From positions 1 to 42,644 of the IMG/VR virus record IMGVR_UViG_3300029586_000007: DNA of 42,644 nt; one strand, 5' to 3'. The notes under the pieces were generated by a model. That model had not been told where the DNA came from. It made no database searches and was given only the letters and a program-made list of their open reading frames with translations. The DNA is from a virus. Below, one piece after another: positions 14,141 through 23,621 of this stretch (positions are counted from its first letter, which is position 1; every line of letters starts with the position of its first letter). A program made the translations under genes and the position numbers.

Positions 14141-15340
14141 TTATAGGTCGGCGGAAATAAAGGCATATCCAGCGGGTGCGTTATCAGAACGCTGCAAGAA
14201 ACAGTAATAGCCTTGATCAGTTGCGTTAAAAGACACGAGAATAGATGCTTTTGTCCTGCCAATGTCTAAAAGTGATATAGCTGTTACAGAAAATGCAGTA
14301 GTTCCACCAGAAATAGATCGTGCGATAATTCGATAGTTACTTACATCGTTAAAATTGATTGCTGGTACTGTACGTTTCCTTGCATAAGGGAGAATGAATA
14401 CTGCACTTGTAGCACCAGAAGGAACAAACGTAGAGTTTGTGATTGTGGGTGTATCTGCACTCTCAACCTTCTCTGCATAGTACGTGCACCTCCTCAGCTG
14501 CTCCCCGAAATCAGGGATTTCGTTCAGCACCCAAACGCCGTTTTCCTTGTGCGCAAGGGTCTGCGTGTCGCCCAGTTCGAGCTTGATGGCTTTGATCTTA
14601 ACGTTATCGACAAGTGAGTTTATTTCACACTGAGTTTGCGAGTTCGAAAGTTTCTGAATATAGAAGCCAAGTTCAGACGAAAAGAAAGTTTGTGCTTGAT
14701 TTACAGAACCGTTGTACACGAATGAGCCTGTTCGCAAAGTGCCATCTGACAGCAAAACCGAACCGGTAAGGGTCATGCCGATAAACTGGTCGAAATCAGC
14801 AAAATACTCCCCCCAGTATGTGCCGGATTTTTTCAGGCAGATACAGCCATCTTCGAGAGTTACAGCTCCACCAACGTCGAGCTTCCACCTATCTATCGTA
14901 TAACCAGCCACGCAGTAGCCGGGAACTTGCACAGATTTACCGACAATATAATTTGTACCGTTCACAGCGATGAGAGGGTCTTGTCCGATGTATCCGATAA
15001 CCGGATAAGCCTTGTCGGTTGTTCCGACTTCTGTCCACGAAAGAGTGTTGTATTTTACACCCGCCGGAATATAGTACCCATTCCTCTGGTTCACCGGTCT
15101 GCCGAAGTACCAGTTATCGAGCAGGTTCGGGTTGACACCGCCGCCGGACGTTGTGGGAATTTTCGTCAACGCCTCAGAAATCAATGTCGAATCCTCAGCG
15201 CTAACCGGAATGGTATCGCCTCGGATTTCGAGTTTTTTTCGCAGTTCAGCGGGCGTAGACGCACCGGAGATAATCTGCGCCGCTCTCACCGCAGCGTCGA
15301 TTTCTTCACCGCTAAACTGCGATGTGTAAGCATCAGGCAT
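14141..15340 (-). CDS. Tail fibre / receptor-binding protein
   Basis: Start at ATG 15340 (TAATG overlap with the upstream stop). The track's Arg-rich N-terminal extension to 15652 is an out-of-frame reading of the Gly-rich region. KLELGDTQTLAH motif. Confidence 0.8.
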   Translation of the reverse strand: MPDAYTSQFSGEEIDAAVRAAQIISGASTPAELRKKLEIRGDTIPVSAEDSTLISEALTKIPTTSGGGVNPNLLDNWYFGRPVNQRNGYYIPAGVKYNTLSWTEVGTTDKAYPVIGYIGQDPLIAVNGTNYIVGKSVQVPGYCVAGYTIDRWKLDVGGAVTLEDGCICLKKSGTYWGEYFADFDQFIGMTLTGSVLLSDGTLRTGSFVYNGSVNQAQTFFSSELGFYIQKLSNSQTQCEINSLVDNVKIKAIKLELGDTQTLAHKENGVWVLNEIPDFGEQLRRCTYYAEKVESADTPTITNSTFVPSGATSAVFILPYARKRTVPAINFNDVSNYRIIARSISGGTTAFSVTAISLLDIGRTKASILVSFNATDQGYYCFLQRSDNAPAGYAFISADL

Positions 15341-17493
15341 TATACAACCACCTTTCGTGTGAATTTCTCGTTGAAGCCCTTGCCATCGCGGGTGATAAGC
15401 CGTCCGGTAGAGCTTGCGCGGTATACGCGGTAGTAGATGAGGACACAGCCGGGCGCACCGTCGCCGCCGTTGGAGCCGTTGCCGCCCTCTCCGCCGGAAT
15501 GGCTCCACGTGTCTACAGCTTGCGTCAATCCGCCGCCGCCTCCGCCACCGCCTCCGTGACCGCCTCCGCCACCGCAGCCAAGCATGGTCGGCATGTTCGG
15601 AATGATAGTTGCGTTGCCGCCAGAGCCGCCCGCGCCACCTTTTGCAAGCCATCCGTAACCTTGATGCTCAGGCGTGTCGAAATTCGTCCATTCCAAGCGT
15701 CCGGCATTGCCATCTCCTCCCGCGTTGCCCATAGCGGCACCGCCACCGCCGCCACCGCCAGAAACGCCAATCTGACCGCCTGAGCTGCTGCCGCTTTTTT
15801 TAGTCGCGAGGCCACTTGCACCCTTGCCACCTGCGTAGCCGAGGACGTTTCCTCCGTCTTTGCCTGCACGAACCTTGTTATCATTGCTTGTATAGTTTGC
15901 TTCGCCGCCGCTGCCGCCATCTCCGCCCTTGATGCCGTCGTCTCCGACTTGAGCGTAAAACTGCTTGTTGACCGGGTCTGCAAAACCAATATCGGAAGAT
16001 GAGCCGTTTTCAGAGGATAGCGAGCCGAACTTTGTTTGCACGCCAGACGTACCGGCCACGCTGCCGTCTGCGGAATATACGCCGCCTTTGCCGCCTGCAC
16101 CAATTTGCACTGCGTAATCCGTTCCGGGCGTAACATTCATTTCAACGCTGTAAACCTTTCCACCCGCGCCGCCTGCGCCTGCTATGCCGCCTTTGCCGCC
16201 TGCGCCGCCGTTGTACACGTTCTTGCCATCTTCGCCCTCACATCCGCTCGAACCGCCAGACCCTCCCCCAATCAGCACTGCACGAATACTCGTCACATTT
16301 TCCGGCACCGTCCAAGTGCCGCTCTGTGTCAACACCTCCACAGTGTCGTAATATTCCTGCGCGCCAATGTCCGGTGGGAAATAATCAATCAGCACACTTT
16401 CCTCTGCCGCAAGTTTACCGGATACCGTAATATCCACACTTTCAATGCAGCCGGAGACTGTGCCACCGTAAGGATGTGCAATTTTCACTACATCACCGGG
16501 GATTTCGCGTTTGGTTGCAATTTTGTAATTGATACGTTCATTGTGGCTGTAATACTCGGCAAGGCGTTCTGCGACCGCTGTTGCGTTGACAAGTGATACG
16601 AGCGTCGCATTCTCTACCTTTACCGTGTTATCTGATTGTGTAACAAGCTCGCGTGTTTTCGGTTTAATCTGCTGCATTACCTGCCGGGTAACGTGCGTAT
16701 ACTTTTTACCCGTCAGCACGCCAGAGCCTGCCGAAACCGTTGCCCAGTTTGCACCGCTTGCAAGAACGGAAAAGCCAGATGCCGTGAGGTCGTAGCACGG
16801 TTCGTCGAAGGTGATTTTGTCGTCTGCCGACGTTGTACCCTTGAAAAGCTCCACCGTTTCCGTTGCGCTCTGCGAATAGGCGTGTTCGGTTACGATTACC
16901 TCGGTAACAGGCGTTGCGTAATCAACCGTACCGCTTGCGTAGATTTCGCCTGCGTCGATTGCGCTTGCCTCGCCGCTCCATAGACCTTCAATGCGAATTG
17001 CACCGTCAAAGTCAACCTTCAACGTAGCACCAATCGCAAAAAGCACCTGCGTGAGATTTTCACGCCGCGTCGCGATAGGAAGCCAGCCGTAAAGCTTAAT
17101 ATTTGCAATATTTGTTTTGACGTAAACCGTCAGCGGAGAGCAAATGTCCTCGCACACTTTTTTCACGGTTTCGCCTGTGTAAATACCGCCGTCGTGGTAT
17201 GTCTCATCAAGCAAACCTACGGTCGAAGTGCAGGCGAAATGATATGTGTTGATAGCCGTTCGGCTGACCTTCTGCACATAGTAGATTCCCATTTGTTCAT
17301 CATTATGGAAATACGTCAATGGTGTGTTGCGGATAAATTCGGTTAATGTGGTGTCTTCACTGTATACATCGAAACTAAAAGTATCAATTTCCTGTGATGC
17401 AGCAATCGGGGAACGTGCTTGATACACATTCCCCGACTTTACATCTGTTGCCGTGAACACCTTATCCAGATAAAGAATTTTATTTGTTCCCAT
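15340..17493 (-). CDS. Tail-tip/host-specificity protein with C-terminal glycine-rich domain
   Basis: 717 aa, downstream of the TMP and Dit-like genes. The last ~290 aa are GG/GS-rich (GGAGGKGG..., GGGGGHGGGGGGGGG) and end GAPGCVLIYY. Confidence 0.85.
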   Translation of the reverse strand: MGTNKILYLDKVFTATDVKSGNVYQARSPIAASQEIDTFSFDVYSEDTTLTEFIRNTPLTYFHNDEQMGIYYVQKVSRTAINTYHFACTSTVGLLDETYHDGGIYTGETVKKVCEDICSPLTVYVKTNIANIKLYGWLPIATRRENLTQVLFAIGATLKVDFDGAIRIEGLWSGEASAIDAGEIYASGTVDYATPVTEVIVTEHAYSQSATETVELFKGTTSADDKITFDEPCYDLTASGFSVLASGANWATVSAGSGVLTGKKYTHVTRQVMQQIKPKTRELVTQSDNTVKVENATLVSLVNATAVAERLAEYYSHNERINYKIATKREIPGDVVKIAHPYGGTVSGCIESVDITVSGKLAAEESVLIDYFPPDIGAQEYYDTVEVLTQSGTWTVPENVTSIRAVLIGGGSGGSSGCEGEDGKNVYNGGAGGKGGIAGAGGAGGKVYSVEMNVTPGTDYAVQIGAGGKGGVYSADGSVAGTSGVQTKFGSLSSENGSSSDIGFADPVNKQFYAQVGDDGIKGGDGGSGGEANYTSNDNKVRAGKDGGNVLGYAGGKGASGLATKKSGSSSGGQIGVSGGGGGGGAAMGNAGGDGNAGRLEWTNFDTPEHQGYGWLAKGGAGGSGGNATIIPNMPTMLGCGGGGGHGGGGGGGGGLTQAVDTWSHSGGEGGNGSNGGDGAPGCVLIYYRVYRASSTGRLITRDGKGFNEKFTRKVVV

Positions 17494-17496
17494 GTG

Positions 17497-17874
17497 TCAC
17501 GTCCTTTGCGGTGCCATTGCGATAAACTGAACGGAAAGCCCCGTCCAGTATGCTTCTCCGGGTTTCTTGCGAATGAGGTTATCTTGTCCAGCAGTAACAT
17601 ATGCGTTAAACGTAAGCGTGCTCTGTGCATACGGAACAACAATTCTGTGACTGTCCTGCGGTGCACTCAGAACCTCGTACAGCGCATCGTAGTCGCCGTA
17701 CTTGCCAACTGCGGGAAGAATCGTAATCTCGTAGTTGTAAAACGTACCGATAATGTCGCGAATCATTGCGCCGCTGAGCGTTCGCTCTGCGTTCTTGCCG
17801 TCAAGCACCTGAAATTTACGGGCAAGGCTTGTAACAAGGACGTTGTACTTCTTTCCGTCTACGGTAAGTTCCAT
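17497..17874 (-). CDS. Short distal-tail-protein-like component
   Basis: 125-aa ORF directly after the tape measure gene. The call rests mainly on position. Confidence 0.7.
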   Translation of the reverse strand: MELTVDGKKYNVLVTSLARKFQVLDGKNAERTLSGAMIRDIIGTFYNYEITILPAVGKYGDYDALYEVLSAPQDSHRIVVPYAQSTLTFNAYVTAGQDNLIRKKPGEAYWTGLSVQFIAMAPQRT

Positions 17875-20628
17875 TTATGCACCTCCTGTTACAAGGCTCA
17901 CGCCGCGCCGCCGTGTTTCGCCGCTGTTGTACGGGCCGGTAATGCGTGCAAACTTCGCGCCGTCGATGTACAGCTCGATAGGCTGACTGCTGTTGCCAGT
18001 GCCGCCGCGTGCGTCCAGTGCCGCGTTAAACGCATCAATCATGGTAGACAGCGGGGTTTCCACGTTCACGCCGCTTTTCTGATCGCCCAACAGAGCGAGA
18101 AATTCACTGTTCGGACTGATAACCGCACCGTTTGCAAGGGCGGGGATATCAAGTGCATACGCGGCAGTTGGAGAATCCATCGAAAATGCGCTTAATCCGC
18201 CACCCAATGCGCCAACAAGCGACGAAATACCACTTCCAATGCCACTTCCAATTTTGCCAATCAGATTAAGGACAAAGGAAATAGCGTCGCCCAGTTTCGT
18301 AATGGTATCCGTCAAACCCTCAATAATAGAGATCACAGAAAAACCAATAAACTGAACGATAGGTTTGATAATGCTCCAAATCGTTTGCAGGATCGGAGCC
18401 AGCGCAGATACTACCTTGTATATTGCCTGCAACGCCGCCGCAAGAAGATTGAGGATTGCCGGAGCAGCTTCTTCGATAGTCCAGCTCGAAAGCGGAAGTA
18501 AGACGTTCTCCCATGCCCATGCAAGGCCGTTCATAATCAGGTCTACAACCGGTTCGAGTGCTGCCATGAAATTGTTAAACGCCGTGACAAGAGGTTCAAA
18601 ATTCAAACCGCTTGCCCAATCCGCCGTTGCCTGTGACATTTTATCAATTCCGGCTAATACATCATCAATGATTTTGAGGATACTCTCCCAAATAGCTACG
18701 CCATTCCCGTTGTATTCCCACGCAGATTGCAAGTTTTCAGCCAGTGATTTTATCGTATTCTCAATATTCGTGATGATGGAAAGAATATTCGAGAAGATGC
18801 TTTCGCCTAATCCTGCGTCAGTCCAAGCCGCAATAAACGCTTGACCGATAGAATTAACGAGGTTTACAATTGCTGTAATCATTTGTATCAAGGTGTTTAT
18901 CATCGTTTGTCCGGCATTACCATCATTCCACGCGGCTAAAAACGCTTGACCGATTGCGTTAATTGCTTGAACCACCGTGGTAATGAGGGTCATAATGCTT
19001 TGCAGCATGATTTGTCCCGCGTTACCATCGTTCCATGCCGCAATGAACGCCTGACCAATAGATGTGATAATCTGAATGATCGTGTTCAGCAAGTTCATAA
19101 TTGCTTGCAACATCTGTTCGCCCGTGTTGTTCGTGTTCCACGCATTGGTAAATGCCGTTGCAATGGCGGTAATCAGGTCGAAGATGGTTTGCAGCAGCAG
19201 TTGAATATTGTTCAGCGTTTCAAGTCCGGTTCCGTTCGTCCAGATTGCCATAAACGACTGACCGATAGCGGAAACCATGTCTTTCAGCGCAGACAGAGCG
19301 TTCTTTGCGCTTTCAATAGTCTGCTGTCCGTACTGCGCCCACGAATCCTGAAATACTTTCCAGAAGTCAGTGAGCCATTTCGGTGTCTGATTTTTTGCTG
19401 CGGAATAATCCGTATCAAACTTAGGTGTGCTCGGGTCGGTCGTGTTACTGCTGTTATTGCTTAATTTCTGGACTGTATCGAACGATGCAAGAGCCTTTTC
19501 AGCTTTCTTCGCAGACGATGCCGTGGAATCAAGTGCATCCGTTTGCTTGTTCAGTTCCTTTGCATTTTCCTGCGCCTGCTGTGCGGTCGTACCGAACACA
19601 GACGCGATAAACTGCGCCATCTGTGCCGTTACCTGTGCAAGAGCCTGCATCAGCTTATTCAGCAACGGAATGATAAATTCATAGATAGGCTGGAACGCCG
19701 TCAGCAGGTTGCTTTTAACCTGTCCGAACGACTTTGCAAACGTCTTGTTCGCAAGCAGAGCCTTGCCCAAACGGTCAGCCATTGCCGTAAGCGCTTTGGA
19801 AATCAAGTTGAAGAACAACGCGCCCGCAACGATAGAACGCAGACGCACACCGAACGACTGTACGCCGCCCGTTGCTTTCTTCATGGACTTTTGGCTGGAA
19901 CGTCCGAAATTGGCGAATTTGGCTTTGAGCTTGTCAATCGCTGCGCCCAATTTGCCGCCGAGAAAATTTTGCAGACTTCCGACAGACGTTTTCAAGCCAG
20001 CGCCCAAACCCGCAATAACTCGTTTCAGTTTAGCCATTTTAGAATTTGTCTGACTTACGAAGTCGTTCATTTCCGACTTGGACTGTTTCAGTCCGGCCTT
20101 CATGTTCTCTAACTGCGTGGTCTCATTGGCAAGGTTTTGCCGCACATTCTGACCGGCGCTGCTCATCGTGGATGATTGCTTGATCTCGGCAAGCTGTTGT
20201 TTCAGTTGTGTCGCTTTATCATCTGCGTTCCGCAGAGCTTCGCCCAATTTATCCGATTCAGCAACAAGCGAATTCAGCTTTTGCGCCGATTCCGAGAATT
20301 CCTCCTGTGGGATTGCACCCGTTGCCGCCTGTTTCAGTTTAGTGTTGTAATCGCTCTGAGCCTTTTCAATCTCAGCGTTTACTTCATCCAACCGAGCAGC
20401 CAGACGTGCAGCTTCTTTCTCCGTTGCTGCAAGGTCGGCTTGCATTTTTATGCCCTTCGTGCCGCCAGCGGCTACCTTGTTCCACTGTTCAGCAAGTTTT
20501 TGAACCTTTGCGGCTTGTTTATCTACGGCGGCTGATTGCTTTTCAATGTCTTTCGTCATTTGTGCAATCTGCTTTTTCGCTTGTTCGTCGCTTACAGTAG
20601 CGTCGATTCTGATAGAGCCATCCGCCAT
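17875..20628 (-). CDS. Tape measure protein
   Basis: 917 aa, helical and low-complexity, with internal repeats. Preceded by the chaperone pair. Confidence 0.92.
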   Translation of the reverse strand: MADGSIRIDATVSDEQAKKQIAQMTKDIEKQSAAVDKQAAKVQKLAEQWNKVAAGGTKGIKMQADLAATEKEAARLAARLDEVNAEIEKAQSDYNTKLKQAATGAIPQEEFSESAQKLNSLVAESDKLGEALRNADDKATQLKQQLAEIKQSSTMSSAGQNVRQNLANETTQLENMKAGLKQSKSEMNDFVSQTNSKMAKLKRVIAGLGAGLKTSVGSLQNFLGGKLGAAIDKLKAKFANFGRSSQKSMKKATGGVQSFGVRLRSIVAGALFFNLISKALTAMADRLGKALLANKTFAKSFGQVKSNLLTAFQPIYEFIIPLLNKLMQALAQVTAQMAQFIASVFGTTAQQAQENAKELNKQTDALDSTASSAKKAEKALASFDTVQKLSNNSSNTTDPSTPKFDTDYSAAKNQTPKWLTDFWKVFQDSWAQYGQQTIESAKNALSALKDMVSAIGQSFMAIWTNGTGLETLNNIQLLLQTIFDLITAIATAFTNAWNTNNTGEQMLQAIMNLLNTIIQIITSIGQAFIAAWNDGNAGQIMLQSIMTLITTVVQAINAIGQAFLAAWNDGNAGQTMINTLIQMITAIVNLVNSIGQAFIAAWTDAGLGESIFSNILSIITNIENTIKSLAENLQSAWEYNGNGVAIWESILKIIDDVLAGIDKMSQATADWASGLNFEPLVTAFNNFMAALEPVVDLIMNGLAWAWENVLLPLSSWTIEEAAPAILNLLAAALQAIYKVVSALAPILQTIWSIIKPIVQFIGFSVISIIEGLTDTITKLGDAISFVLNLIGKIGSGIGSGISSLVGALGGGLSAFSMDSPTAAYALDIPALANGAVISPNSEFLALLGDQKSGVNVETPLSTMIDAFNAALDARGGTGNSSQPIELYIDGAKFARITGPYNSGETRRRGVSLVTGGA
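18718..19345 (-). repeat. About six tandem 105-nt (35-aa) repeats inside the tape measure gene
   Basis: CCA(Y/A)GC anchors at 18718, 18823, 18928, 19033 and 19138 (period 105), plus 19240. They encode IGQAF(I/L)AAW(N/T)DGNAGQ-type units. Confidence 0.7.
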
Positions 20629-20643
20629 TTATTCACCGCCTTT

Positions 20644-21177
20644 CTAATTGATCTGCGCCCAAAAAGCGTCAATAGCTTCCTTTTCCTCTTCGGAAAGTGC
20701 GGGTGCAGGGGTTAAATTACGTTTGAGACGTTCGTATTCCTGTTTCTGTTTTCCCTTCATTTTGCTTGTGTCCGTGCCTCTGATTTGCAGGGCATGAGAC
20801 ATTGCCGAATCTTCGTTAAGGCTTTCCATCATTGCCATAAACTCAAACCAGTGCAGATTGACCTTGTGCAGCTCAATGCCGAACGTCTGCCGGAACGATG
20901 CGTACAACCGTGCAGAATCGAAATCGAACCACATCATGCGTTTACCGCCGGGTTCAATCTCTCTGTCGTCGCCACAGCGAACAAACCACTGTAAACCTTC
21001 CAGTGCAATGTCAATGGGTGGCATCCCTGCTCCGTAAAGCAAGGATAAGGCCACCCATACACGGTCATTATCGCTTAAATTCGGGTCGTCCAGCGCAAGG
21101 GAAATCTGAATGCCGATTCTGTAATCCGTGCGAATCAGATACCCCTTGTAAGAGCTTGGCAGGCGGTCGAGCAGCAT
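20644..21177 (-). CDS. Gp15-like tail assembly protein
   Basis: YKGYLIRTDYRIGIQISLAL.D..LSD..R...ALSLLYG pattern. ATG 21177 preferred over GTG 21195. Confidence 0.75.
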   Translation of the reverse strand: MLLDRLPSSYKGYLIRTDYRIGIQISLALDDPNLSDNDRVWVALSLLYGAGMPPIDIALEGLQWFVRCGDDREIEPGGKRMMWFDFDSARLYASFRQTFGIELHKVNLHWFEFMAMMESLNEDSAMSHALQIRGTDTSKMKGKQKQEYERLKRNLTPAPALSEEEKEAIDAFWAQIN

Positions 21178-21178
21178 G

Positions 21179-21571
21179 TTAAACACTGCCGACACGCTCC
21201 GCGCTGTACTTGCTCATGTTTGCTGCACGCTTCTCAACGTGGCTGTCAATGATGGGGGTAAGCTGTGCGAAGAAATCAAGGAACTGGTCGGAGGACGGAA
21301 GCACCGCACCAAACACCTTCGCGCAAGTATTTTCGCCAATCAGCGCGTCGATTTTGTCCCTAACGTCTTTGTCAAACGCCACGATATCGTCCAGAGTGTC
21401 CAGAACGTCGCCTTTCTTCTCAGAAATAGCCGTTGCCTTGTCTTTGATTTCATTCAGCAGGTCGAAAAAGCCTTTGACAAAGCTATCATCAGACAGCGGA
21501 AGGGAGATCGTCTCTCCCTTGTCGTTGACTTCAATAACCTTTACGCCGCTGTTTACGCGGATACTATCCAT
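21179..21571 (-). CDS. Tail assembly chaperone
   Basis: 130-aa acidic ORF between the major tail and Gp15-like genes. Confidence 0.7.
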   Translation of the reverse strand: MDSIRVNSGVKVIEVNDKGETISLPLSDDSFVKGFFDLLNEIKDKATAISEKKGDVLDTLDDIVAFDKDVRDKIDALIGENTCAKVFGAVLPSSDQFLDFFAQLTPIIDSHVEKRAANMSKYSAERVGSV

Positions 21572-21585
21572 TCCTCGTTACCTCC

Positions 21586-22110
21586 TTATACGGATACGTT
21601 CGCAGTGAATACCGGTGCACCGCCGGTGATCTTAACAGTGCCCGGAATCGGGTCGCCTACATAGTTCAGCGTAAATTCCAGCGTCGGAGATTCGCCGCCT
21701 GCGCCGCCGTAGGTATCAACCTGTACAGATACTTCCTGCACCTCTGCAACGTAGGTTGCAGTGTCGCTGTCACTGGTAGCATTCCACATGTCTACATTCA
21801 GCAGCCATGCGTGGGAATCTGCCAGAGTAGCGCGAGCGCGACGTTTCTTGTCGATAAACTCAAACACATCGTCGCCCTTGGTGCACTGCTGAGAAACGCT
21901 CATGGTCGGCTGATAGCCGGTAATCTCAGTAGTTGCAGAATCAGAAATAATGTCCTGCTCGGTCTCGGTCTGTGCACCGTAGTCCGTAGATGCTTCGGTT
22001 ACATTTTTGCCGATTCGCGCAAACTTTGCATCGCTATATTCGCCCATCTTATCGCTGGTATCCAGAAAATGAGCAATGAGAGGACGTTTGATCTTTTCAG
22101 TAGTTGCCAT
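21586..22110 (-). CDS. Major tail protein
   Basis: 174 aa in the canonical position. MATTEKIKRPLIAHFLDTS N-terminus typical of phi13/TP901-like tail tube proteins. Confidence 0.8.
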   Translation of the reverse strand: MATTEKIKRPLIAHFLDTSDKMGEYSDAKFARIGKNVTEASTDYGAQTETEQDIISDSATTEITGYQPTMSVSQQCTKGDDVFEFIDKKRRARATLADSHAWLLNVDMWNATSDSDTATYVAEVQEVSVQVDTYGGAGGESPTLEFTLNYVGDPIPGTVKITGGAPVFTANVSV

Positions 22111-22112
22111 TT

Positions 22113-22544
22113 TTACACCTCTACTTCATAGTTAATAGTTAAGAAAATTTGGTAATCCTCGGTTAAATCTTCGTATCGAGCGATAAGCCCCGCAGGGGTC
22201 GTTCGCTCAACAGATGTGACGGTCATTCCCTCGCCGAGATCAGGCGGGTTTTCTTCCGCCCATGCTCCCAGCTCATTCAGCAAGGATTCAACGTCGAGAC
22301 GTTCCTCGCTGTCGGTCGGCAGGGCGCGATACATCACGCCGAACGGGTACTGTGCAGCATATCCGCCGTCAATGTACTGTGCGGTTTTATACGCGCTCTG
22401 TACACTGGTAAGCATCATGCCTGACCGTTCCGGCGGGAGATATTCAAACTCGATTTCGGGAGCATAGCCTTTCAGCCATAAAAGTACAGCTCGTGAAACA
22501 CCGTCTTGTTCACGAGCTGTTACCGTGTTTAACTTCTCACTCAT
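22113..22544 (-). CDS. Tail-completion / minor capsid-family protein
   Basis: Position between the neck proteins and the major tail gene. Confidence 0.7.
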   Translation of the reverse strand: MSEKLNTVTAREQDGVSRAVLLWLKGYAPEIEFEYLPPERSGMMLTSVQSAYKTAQYIDGGYAAQYPFGVMYRALPTDSEERLDVESLLNELGAWAEENPPDLGEGMTVTSVERTTPAGLIARYEDLTEDYQIFLTINYEVEV

Positions 22545-22935
22545 CGGTCAAAATCTTGCGCACTCCTTCCATCCAGCGCGTTTCATTCAACGCCTTGCTT
22601 GCCTCGAACCAGTGAGAACGCGCGTTTTTGTGCATTCCTTTGCTATATTTGAGGTTTCGATCTGTCAATGCCTTGCGTGTGCCCTTGGGTGCAAACGTAC
22701 TGCCGGTTGCCGGGTCAATCATCACCTTGCCGTAATACTGAAAACGTGCATACGGCGAGGCATACACAATGGTATGACCATGCCGCTGTACGTTCATTGC
22801 CAGTACACCGGTTCGCGCCGGAACAAACGGGTCGGTGTCCTTGATGATCTCCTCAACAAGCCACGCGTTCGCCTTTTCCACGCGCCTATCAAGCACGTTG
22901 TTTGGCAAGTGCAACTTCATAGAGTAACGTATCAT
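22537..22935 (-). CDS. Minor capsid (head-tail joining) protein
   Basis: PFVPARTG.L......H...IVYASPYARFQYYG motif of the Minor_capsid_1/HK97 gp10-like family. Confidence 0.75.
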   Translation of the reverse strand: MIRYSMKLHLPNNVLDRRVEKANAWLVEEIIKDTDPFVPARTGVLAMNVQRHGHTIVYASPYARFQYYGKVMIDPATGSTFAPKGTRKALTDRNLKYSKGMHKNARSHWFEASKALNETRWMEGVRKILTDE

Positions 22936-23243
22936 CGGCCGCCCACCTCCAAATGCTGCAATCCGCCGTAATCATACAAAGAGACGCTTGTGACGCGGTA
23001 TGTCTCGTACTTCTCACGGCATTTCTGATAACTTCCTGCATCCGGCACATCGCCGCGCGCAAAATAGTCCTTTTCAGGGCTGATGATCTGCGTAAACGGT
23101 AAAGGGATATGCAGCGTTACACTGTCTGCGCTGTTCTGTGCGGTCTTCGTTACGCTCGTGCCTCTGGTGCTTTCAAGCAAAACGCCCGTCAGAACAGTTC
23201 GGCCAGACGGCTGAAACAACGTTACAGTGTGGGGCAGTCGCAT
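22932..23243 (-). CDS. Head-closure (minor capsid 2-like) protein
   Basis: ATG 23243 with GGGAGGTG 6 nt upstream. ATGA-coupled downstream. Confidence 0.7.
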   Translation of the reverse strand: MRLPHTVTLFQPSGRTVLTGVLLESTRGTSVTKTAQNSADSVTLHIPLPFTQIISPEKDYFARGDVPDAGSYQKCREKYETYRVTSVSLYDYGGLQHLEVGGR

Positions 23244-23608
23244 CCGCAGCACCTCCCACCTCGGTACAGCATTCCGGTATTTGCAAGATACATTTCCGCA
23301 GCCGCTTTGAGCTGTGCCTTTGCCTCCTGCATTGCCTCCGTGCCGCTACGATAGCTTACAGACCAAGAGCCAACACTCTCGCTCTGTTTCTCCTGCTCGG
23401 CAGATGCCGCGCGAGTTTGGAGCGTATCAATCACTTGATACTGCTCCGCGACCGCACAGCACGCCATCTTTGCAGGCTCGCTATCGTCAATTCTTCCGCG
23501 CGTAAGATAGGTAAGATATGCTACAGCGCGGCTTTCAAGGCGCGAAAACTCATCCTCGGCAATCTGGTTGCCGAGGTACGTATCCTTGTAATATGCATAA
23601 TCTACCAT
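23222..23608 (-). CDS. Head-tail connector (gp6-like)
   Basis: MVDYAYYKDTYLGNQIAEDEFSRLESRAVAYLTYLT N-terminus is typical of the family. Confidence 0.7.
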   Translation of the reverse strand: MVDYAYYKDTYLGNQIAEDEFSRLESRAVAYLTYLTRGRIDDSEPAKMACCAVAEQYQVIDTLQTRAASAEQEKQSESVGSWSVSYRSGTEAMQEAKAQLKAAAEMYLANTGMLYRGGRCCGCDCPTL

Positions 23609-23621
23609 TTGCGTTTGCTCC

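Noticed and set aside
14141-16136. The Arg-rich N-terminal extension of ORF 14141..15652, and ORFs 15322..15783 and 15525..16136.
   Set aside because: They are alternative-frame readings of the GGN-rich codons of the 717-aa tail protein. The fibre gene has a clean TAATG-coupled start at 15340.
20644-21571. A programmed -1 frameshift joining the two tail-chaperone ORFs, as in G/GT.
   Set aside because: The downstream ORF is in the +1 frame relative to the upstream one. It has its own ATG one nt after the stop. No XXXYYYZ slippery heptamer lies in the short overlap (GUUUAAC is not canonical and contains the stop).
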